From the IMG/VR virus record IMGVR_UViG_3300014657_000001, positions 1 to 37,139 of that record: DNA of 37,139 bases; one strand, written 5' to 3'. Positions 32,291 to 37,139 of the stretch are shown piece after piece. Origin of the DNA: a virus. Its lineage: Duplodnaviria; Caudoviricetes. Position numbers and translations under genes: made by a program. Below the pieces are notes generated by a model. That model was given only the letters and a program-made list of their open reading frames with translations. It had not been told where the DNA came from and ran no database searches. Positions within the stretch are counted from its first letter, which is position 1, and every line of letters starts with the position of its first letter.

Positions 32291-32295
32291 CGGAC

Positions 32296-32330
32296 AACAA
32301 AAAGCCCCGGACCCTTGCGGGTACGAGGCT
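32296..32330 (-). terminator. Intrinsic terminator-like hairpin
   Basis: AGCCUCG-U-ACCC-GCAA-GGGU-C-CGGGGCU then UUUUGUU. Confidence 0.75.
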
Positions 32331-32430
32331 ATGATTACTCTTTAGGGAGATGCGGAGTGGAGGCCGCAGCGAGGAATGTTTGGCGCGAAGCAAGGGGAGT
32401 TGCCCCCGCATCTCTCCAAAAAGCAATCAT
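32331..32430 (-). other. 25-bp long inverted repeat (RNA hairpin)
   Basis: 32331-32355 vs 32406-32430: 21/25 Watson-Crick, 3 of the 4 others are G-U on the minus strand. Confidence 0.8.
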
Positions 32431-32484
32431 TCCTAGCATTGGAATCCTTTACGCAACTCCCCAGTTGCCACGACCATTATGGCA

Positions 32485-32739
32485 TCAATTTCCACGCTTG
32501 CGCAACCCCCTGCAACCGTCACTTGTAACAACTCCCCCAGCCCTCTCGCAAGCCTGCTCCATAGCCTGCTGCTGCTTGAATAAATCATCTATCTGTGTAT
32601 CCCATGCTACGAATAAATAACGGATAAGGACACATATTGCTAGCAGGGCTATGACGACATAGCGAAGTGGGGGATGGTCATGCTCTTGGGCGAATAGCTT
32701 GCGGTCGAGCTTTTCTAGGAATTGGTCATAGTTCATCAT
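32485..32739 (-). CDS. Single-TM hypothetical protein
   Basis: AAGGA RBS; hydrophobic segment; C...GG.....C tail. Confidence 0.7.
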   Translation of the reverse strand: MMNYDQFLEKLDRKLFAQEHDHPPLRYVVIALLAICVLIRYLFVAWDTQIDDLFKQQQAMEQACERAGGVVTSDGCRGLRKRGN

Positions 32740-32908
32740 CTGTTTCCTTTATCCGCTTATCAATAAACCAATCTTGATCCAATCTACCTGCCTGGTATGG
32801 TACCGGAGGCTCTATAAGCGGCGGAGCAGCCCATAGATCATCCGTTGGATGCGGAGGCGTCCTGGGACGCGGCTGGTAGTTGTTAGACCATTTTGTCGTT
32901 GTTTTCAT
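32726..32908 (-). CDS. Pro-rich hypothetical protein
   Basis: GGGAG RBS; overlaps neighbours. Confidence 0.55.
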   Translation of the reverse strand: MKTTTKWSNNYQPRPRTPPHPTDDLWAAPPLIEPPVPYQAGRLDQDWFIDKRIKETDDEL

Positions 32909-33158
32909 GCAACTCCCTCAGGCATTTGTATTGAACCTCGTTGAGCCTTTCGCCAGAGTCGCGCCTAGCTGCCAGTAGGTAAAGCCACGCACGGTTTCCT
33001 ACCAGCTCATCTAGCCGTTTCCTCGCATACGCCTTCCAATCTGGCGGAATGCTCGTATGGTTGCTGATGATGATTGCAGCGCACCAGGCTTCGCGCGTTT
33101 TGAACTTCCCGCTAGCTATTGCGTTTTCGCATCGTTGATGTGCGTCCATGGTTGACAT
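32883..33158 (-). CDS. Hypothetical protein, first gene of the leftward operon
   Basis: RAW...L.AR...GE.L...Q motif; GGGAG RBS suits the Met at 33149. Confidence 0.65.
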   Translation of the reverse strand: MSTMDAHQRCENAIASGKFKTREAWCAAIIISNHTSIPPDWKAYARKRLDELVGNRAWLYLLAARRDSGERLNEVQYKCLRELHENNDKMV

Positions 33159-33179
33159 TCTCCCACCAGTTGATAGAAT
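33152..33179 (+). promoter_or_regulatory. Sigma70 promoter at the divergence point
   Basis: TTGACA-16 bp-TAGAAT with extended -10 TG. Confidence 0.7.
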
Positions 33180-33204
33180 AAGTCAATATACAAGGAGCAA
33201 TTAA

Positions 33205-33363
33205 ATGGGCGCGAAGCAACATCCCGATACGGCCAAAGCAATCGAACGAATTCTTAAGGGATTGCCAGTCAAAGATGCTGCCATACTCTACAAACTGCAT
33301 CCGACTACGCTTTGGAAGGCTTTGCGCAAACTTAAAGGCGTAGGGCAGATTCCTACCGCATAA
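33205..33363 (+). CDS. 52-aa helix-turn-helix protein (absent from the ORF track)
   Basis: AAGGAG RBS; KAIERILKGLPVKDAAILYKLHPTTLWKAL fits an HTH pattern. Confidence 0.8.
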   Translation: MGAKQHPDTAKAIERILKGLPVKDAAILYKLHPTTLWKALRKLKGVGQIPTA

Positions 33364-33379
33364 GTAGTAGATACCCTAC

Positions 33380-33408
33380 TAGACATAGACGAATAATGCG
33401 ACTACAGT
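33380..33408 (+). promoter_or_regulatory. Putative promoter for the early rightward operon
   Basis: TAGACA-17 bp-TACAGT; adjacent palindrome TAGTAG-N5-CTACTA at 33365-33381. Confidence 0.55.
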
Positions 33409-33439
33409 ACGTACATCAACAACGTACTTGGAGCAGCAA

Positions 33440-33700
33440 ATGACCACCAATCACACCCCCGTGGTTACCTACACCATCACCGAAGGGCAGCTTGTGCGCC
33501 TGTGCGATGGCGTGCAAGAAGACGCAATTGATTGCTCTGTCGCGTTTGCAGCACCGGATCTGCTGGCCGCGCTGGAACGCATCACCGGCAATTTCAGCGC
33601 CACGCGCCTCATCATGAAGGACGCCGAAACGCGCGCCATGGCGACCGAGACAATCGAAATCGCCCGCGCCGCTATCCGTCGCGCCAAGGGGGAAGCATGA
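33440..33700 (+). CDS. Hypothetical phage protein
   Basis: GGAG RBS; AAPDLLAALE...ARAAI..AKGE motif. Confidence 0.8.
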   Translation: MTTNHTPVVTYTITEGQLVRLCDGVQEDAIDCSVAFAAPDLLAALERITGNFSATRLIMKDAETRAMATETIEIARAAIRRAKGEA

Positions 33701-34002
33701 CCCCCGAACTGATCCTAGCCTTAGCACTAACGGCAGTTGATGCTAGCCAGACCGAATACCTAACCCGCCATTACCAACCCTGCCAAGGACACGAGGGCCG
33801 GTATGAAGAAAATCCTCTGTTAGGTCGTCATCCATCGCAGATCAAGGTTGCAGCCTGGTTTGGGGCTAATGCGGGGGCTTTGATGGTTGCGAATCAATAT
33901 CTACCGCCGGCATATTCCAAAGCACTGAACTACGTATGGATTGGTGCGGAAGGAGCTACGGTAGCCCATAACCTGCGTGTAGGCGTGCGGTTTTCTTTCT
34001 GA
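33697..34002 (+). CDS. Hypothetical membrane/secreted protein
   Basis: Hydrophobic N-terminus; D..QT, E.NPLLG.HPS, V.HN...G motifs. Confidence 0.75.
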   Translation: MTPELILALALTAVDASQTEYLTRHYQPCQGHEGRYEENPLLGRHPSQIKVAAWFGANAGALMVANQYLPPAYSKALNYVWIGAEGATVAHNLRVGVRFSF

Positions 34003-34011
34003 GGACAAAAA

Positions 34012-34515
34012 GTGATTACAACTACTTTGAACCGGATTCGCACACACGGTCCTTGCACTGATGGTTGGAAGAAACTCAAGAAATCTTTGGGGCCGGAGTG
34101 GGGCGACGACGATGCCATTCCCTATGAATTTATCGTCGTATCCAATGGACTGGATGATGCGCTGTGGTGCTGCCGCGCCGAGTCTGATCGAAAGGAATGG
34201 CGACTGTTTGCGGTTTGGTGCGCTCGTCAGGTTGAGCATTTGATGACCGACCAGAGAAGCAAGGATGCGTTAAATGTAGCCGAGCGTCATGCAAATGGCG
34301 AGGCCACTGAAAAAGAATTGGCTGCGGCGGGGGCTGCGGCGTGGGATGCGGCGTGGGATGCGGCGGGGGCTGCGGCGTGGGATGCGGCGTGGGATGCGGC
34401 GGGGGCTGCGGCGAAGGATGCGGCGTGGGATGCGGCGAGGGATGCGGCGAAGAATGCGGCGAGGACTGCGGCGTGGGATGCGCAAAAAACCAAATTCTTG
34501 GAGATGGTGTCATGA
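34012..34515 (+). CDS. Phage protein with (AAWD/AAGA) tetrapeptide repeats
   Basis: [42 protein letters not shown]. Confidence 0.85.
   Translation: MITTTLNRIRTHGPCTDGWKKLKKSLGPEWGDDDAIPYEFIVVSNGLDDALWCCRAESDRKEWRLFAVWCARQVEHLMTDQRSKDALNVAERHANGEATEKELAAAGAAAWDAAWDAAGAAAWDAAWDAAGAAAKDAAWDAARDAAKNAARTAAWDAQKTKFLEMVS
34323..34482 (+). repeat. Coding tandem repeat: 13 x 12 bp (TGCGGCG-N5), with a 36-bp higher-order unit
   Basis: Counted directly. Confidence 0.95.
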
Positions 34516-34745
34516 GCGTTGGCCCAGACTGGAGTTACTTCTACGATCCCCGCGACGATCAAGAAGTCGAAGAAGATCCCCGCGAACGAGTCTCTTTTGA
34601 TCTGATGTGCTGGCTAGGAAACGACAAAGCCAGGCTTGCAAAGCTGCTGGATCATTGCATTGACCAGCTTGACGTAACCGATGCCGATGCTTTCCTTAAG
34701 GAAATAACGGGGAAGCGGCATGTAAACCTTATGGTGCAGGAATGA
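34512..34745 (+). CDS. Acidic hypothetical protein ([13 protein letters not shown]...)
   Basis: GGAG RBS, ATGA overlaps. Confidence 0.7.
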   Translation: MSVGPDWSYFYDPRDDQEVEEDPRERVSFDLMCWLGNDKARLAKLLDHCIDQLDVTDADAFLKEITGKRHVNLMVQE

Positions 34746-34933
34746 ACTTCAAAGAGATATTCGACGTGGGCAATCCTTTTGCTGATGCCAAGTACCTAGA
34801 TCGGCGCATGTTGAAGGCTGCGGTAGAGAATCACCCGGCCAGGCGCGTAGAGGATCGCGTAGAGCCTTGCCCTGATTGCGATGGCGCCGGTTGTGTCGAA
34901 TGCGATGGTCCAAATCATAGGAGTGCAGCATGA
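34742..34933 (+). CDS. Small protein with CxxCxGxGCxxC zinc motif
   Basis: CPDCDGAGCVEC. Confidence 0.65.
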   Translation: MNFKEIFDVGNPFADAKYLDRRMLKAAVENHPARRVEDRVEPCPDCDGAGCVECDGPNHRSAA

Positions 34934-35568
34934 GCGTCTACAAAGCCATAAACGCGGTCCAGGCAGATATCGCCAGGATTGGGATATCCAAGTCCCAGGA
35001 AAACAAGTTCGACAACTACAAATTCAGGGGTATTGACGATATTTACAATGCCCTAGCTCCTCTCGTTGCCAAACATGGCCTTGTGATTCTTCCGGAGGTT
35101 GTGAACCATCAAATCGAGGAGCGCAAAAGCCAAAAAGACACGGCGCTGTTCTATGTCCGTATCCATGTCCGCTATCACATGACGGCCGTTTCTGATCCAG
35201 ATAAGAGCGTAACCGTGACCATGATGGGTGAGGCTATGGATCGCGGAGATAAAGCGATAAACAAAGCCATGTCCAGCGCTTATAAGAACTTCGCTTTCCA
35301 GACATTTGTTATCCCCACGGAAGGCGATAACGACACGGAAAACCAGACGCATGAAGTAAAGGCAATGCCGGATCGCACCAAGGTCATGAAAGTCGCGGCA
35401 GCGATAAACGACAAGTTTGCCAATGACAACGAAATGGGCGCCTTGAACGAATGGGAAGAAGTCCGGGATGACCACGACTTTGCGGGGATGGTCTGGTCGC
35501 AGCTTCCGACTCCGAACCGGGCAAAGCTCCGGGATCTGGCAACCGCATCGGCCAAGGGAACAGTGTGA
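34930..35568 (+). CDS. erf: ERF-family single-strand annealing protein
   Basis: YKFRGIDD.YNAL.P...KHGL, GEAMD.GDKA.NKAMS.AYK...FQTF.IPTEG.ND. Confidence 0.93.
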   Translation: MSVYKAINAVQADIARIGISKSQENKFDNYKFRGIDDIYNALAPLVAKHGLVILPEVVNHQIEERKSQKDTALFYVRIHVRYHMTAVSDPDKSVTVTMMGEAMDRGDKAINKAMSSAYKNFAFQTFVIPTEGDNDTENQTHEVKAMPDRTKVMKVAAAINDKFANDNEMGALNEWEEVRDDHDFAGMVWSQLPTPNRAKLRDLATASAKGTV

Positions 35569-35897
35569 TCACCGAGGCACAAATAGAAGTGGTTCTCGAT
35601 TGGCTGGTAAAGAACGCCGATCCTGCGGCAAAAGCCCGTGCCGACCGCTGTCACATTGAAGAATTCAGGAAAAGCAAGAAAGCCATCCTAATGGCCCAAA
35701 GCGACGCCAAGACGGTTGCAGACAGGGAGGCATATGCGTATAGCCACCCGGAGTATTTGGAGTTGCTAGCGGGCTATAAAGTGGCCGTAGAGGCTGATGA
35801 GAAGTTCCGCTGGCTGATGACCGCAGCAGACGCAAAGATAGAGATTTTCAGGACGATGCAGGCCAATGCCCGCGCACAAGGAAAGGCGGTTAGTTAA
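35565..35897 (+). CDS. Helical recombination-region protein (UvsY-like coiled coil)
   Basis: EEFRKSKKAILM, RE..AY.HPEY..LL.G...AVE..E, A.IE..RT..AN.R. Confidence 0.65.
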   Translation: MITEAQIEVVLDWLVKNADPAAKARADRCHIEEFRKSKKAILMAQSDAKTVADREAYAYSHPEYLELLAGYKVAVEADEKFRWLMTAADAKIEIFRTMQANARAQGKAVS

Positions 35898-36152
35898 ATG
35901 GCATTCCAACAGCAACCAGGCGGCTTTGCCCTGTTCCGCAATATCCGCAAAAAGGAAGGATCCGACCAACCAGATTACCGGGGGGAGGGTTTGGATACGG
36001 ATGGAACCCCGATAGAAATAGCAGCTTGGATAAAGGACGGGGCAAAGGGGAAATTCATGGCTTGCCAGATGAAGCCAAAGACGGACCCGCCTAGGAGAGA
36101 TCCTTCCAGAATGCCGCCACCGCGTGATGATGATTCTGATATCCCTTTTTAG
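35898..36152 (+). CDS. Small SSB-like OB-fold protein
   Basis: LF.N..K....QPDYRG.....G....IAAW.K; acidic DDDSDIPF tail. Confidence 0.8.
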   Translation: MAFQQQPGGFALFRNIRKKEGSDQPDYRGEGLDTDGTPIEIAAWIKDGAKGKFMACQMKPKTDPPRRDPSRMPPPRDDDSDIPF

Positions 36153-36155
36153 GAA

Positions 36156-36491
36156 ATGGAAATGACCGAAGACGCAAAAGCCGAAGCCCTGCGGCTGGCG
36201 AAAGAGGCTGGATTTCTGGTAAACGTGGAAACGAATCCGCTTTTCGTATGTGTTGACCGTGATGTTATTCGCGAACTAGAAGCATCGTTTGTCCGCCTCA
36301 TCGCCCTCGCTCGCGCTCCTCAAGCTGGGTGGGTGCTGGTACCGAAGGAGCCGACGGACGCAATGATTCAGGCGATGCAGGCGAGCATGTACGACGACGG
36401 CCCTGCGAAGCGCGGCCACATTGAATACGCGCTGTGGGAACAGGTGTATGGCGATCTGCTCGCCGCCGCACCGAACGCACAGGAGGAATGA
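36156..36491 (+). CDS. Ea/Ead-like modular early protein
   Basis: GWVLVPKEPT.AM..A and Y..LLAAAP motifs. Confidence 0.8.
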   Translation: MEMTEDAKAEALRLAKEAGFLVNVETNPLFVCVDRDVIRELEASFVRLIALARAPQAGWVLVPKEPTDAMIQAMQASMYDDGPAKRGHIEYALWEQVYGDLLAAAPNAQEE

Positions 36492-36493
36492 TG
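36458..36493 (+). repeat. 36-bp direct repeat R1, copy 1
   Basis: Identical to 337-372. Confidence 0.95.
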
Positions 36494-36604
36494 AGATTCT
36501 ATTTTGGCTACCCCGGATGGGGCTGGAAAATGTACGGCATTGGGTACAAGACCACTTGGTTCCTCGGATTCAGCCGAGCCCTTCCTAATAGCATGAAGCC
36601 ATGA
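36488..36604 (+). CDS. 38-aa aromatic-rich peptide MMRFYFGYPGWGWKMYGIGYKTTWFLGFSRALPNSMKP
   Basis: GGAGG RBS from R1; ATGA overlaps at both ends; same boundaries as 367-636. Confidence 0.65.
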   Translation: MMRFYFGYPGWGWKMYGIGYKTTWFLGFSRALPNSMKP

Positions 36605-36623
36605 AAGAAGCGCCGATCAATCT
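36596..36623 (+). repeat. 28-bp direct repeat R2, copy 1
   Basis: 27/28 identical to 628-655. Confidence 0.9.
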
Positions 36624-37139
36624 GCCGCCGCTGCCAGATGCTGTGCGATTTCTAAAGCCATCGGAGCGCTTGGTAAGACAGCAAGTGGTGCCGATTCTTG
36701 AAGCCTACGCCCGCGCCGCCATCCTTGCAGACCGTGCTGCCGCGAGTGCAGAGCCGCGTGCGCTGGAACCCGTGGGCGTCATCCACCACAAGCCGAGTTC
36801 AGTGCGCGGCATAGACGTTGAGCAGTTTGCCGTTTGGGCGCGAGAACTGGAACCGGGAACTACGCTTTACGTCGCCGCCCCATCGCCCGCAGAGCCTTGC
36901 TCAGAGTGTGGCCGAGGATGCGGATGCCACAAGCCGTCTTGTTCGTATTGGACTGGTAGTGCGCCCGCAGAGCCAGACCAACCAGTTGCGGAAGTAATCA
37001 TAGGCGGGAACGGCCACATTGGGATTTTGCCGCTCGCGGAACTGGAACACGAGCAACCGCTATACGCGCGTCCCCGCATCAAGGAACTGATGGCGCAGGA
37101 ACGGCAACGCAAATCCGCAGAGCCGCCGATACCGGCGCA
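36601..37139 (+). CDS. 5' part of a modular Ea/Ead-like protein (continues to stop at 370)
   Basis: Open frame MKEAPINLPPLP...AYARAAILADRA...EPVG...LYVAAPSPAEP-CSECGRGCGCH...; missed by the ORF track because no stop precedes the window end. Confidence 0.85.
   Translation, partial: MKEAPINLPPLPDAVRFLKPSERLVRQQVVPILEAYARAAILADRAAASAEPRALEPVGVIHHKPSSVRGIDVEQFAVWARELEPGTTLYVAAPSPAEPCSECGRGCGCHKPSCSYWTGSAPAEPDQPVAEVIIGGNGHIGILPLAELEHEQPLYARPRIKELMAQERQRKSAEPPIPA
37017..37139. repeat. Terminal direct repeat, copy 2
   Basis: Identical to 1-123. Confidence 0.95.

Noticed and set aside
32092-32484. tRNA or self-splicing intron
   Set aside because: No cloverleaf with a T-loop, and no interrupted gene or recognisable group I/II core by eye
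34323-34482. CRISPR array
   Set aside because: 12-bp period, no unique spacers, in-frame coding, no cas genes
34130-34600. Pro/His-, Arg- and Gly/Cys-rich ORFs in alternative frames
   Set aside because: By-products of the 12-bp repeat
37017-37139. Biological terminal repeat or att site
   Set aside because: It falls in the middle of an ORF that reads through; most simply an assembler overlap of a circular or permuted genome

Overview
The window is an apparently complete, circularly permuted tailed-phage genome of about 37.0 kb. Bases 1-123 are repeated exactly at 37017-37139, and an ORF reads in frame across the join. The minus strand carries a P22/BcepC6B-like podovirus late operon: GroES, terS, terL, portal, scaffold, coat, neck proteins, three ejection proteins, two paralogous tail/receptor-binding proteins, endolysin and holin(s). 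The plus-strand early arm (33.2 kb through the join to 2.1 kb) has an HTH regulator, an ERF recombinase, an SSB-like protein, modular Ea/Ead-type proteins and an HNH-AP2 nuclease. I recognised no integrase, CI-type repressor, replication initiator, helicase, primase, polymerase, tRNA or CRISPR array. Most unusual elements: (1) a ~390-nt highly structured non-coding region where replication genes would normally lie; (2) directly downstream, an overlapping IbrB(ParB/Srx)-unknown-IbrA(PAPS reductase/DUF3440) trio, a candidate DNA-modification system; (3) a cupin-SET fusion in the virion assembly operon; (4) a GH5 glycoside hydrolase with nested inserted domains among the virion genes; (5) a repeat-bounded gene/domain cassette array that includes an 'empty' linker-only ORF. 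All family calls come from motif recognition by eye; no database search was run.
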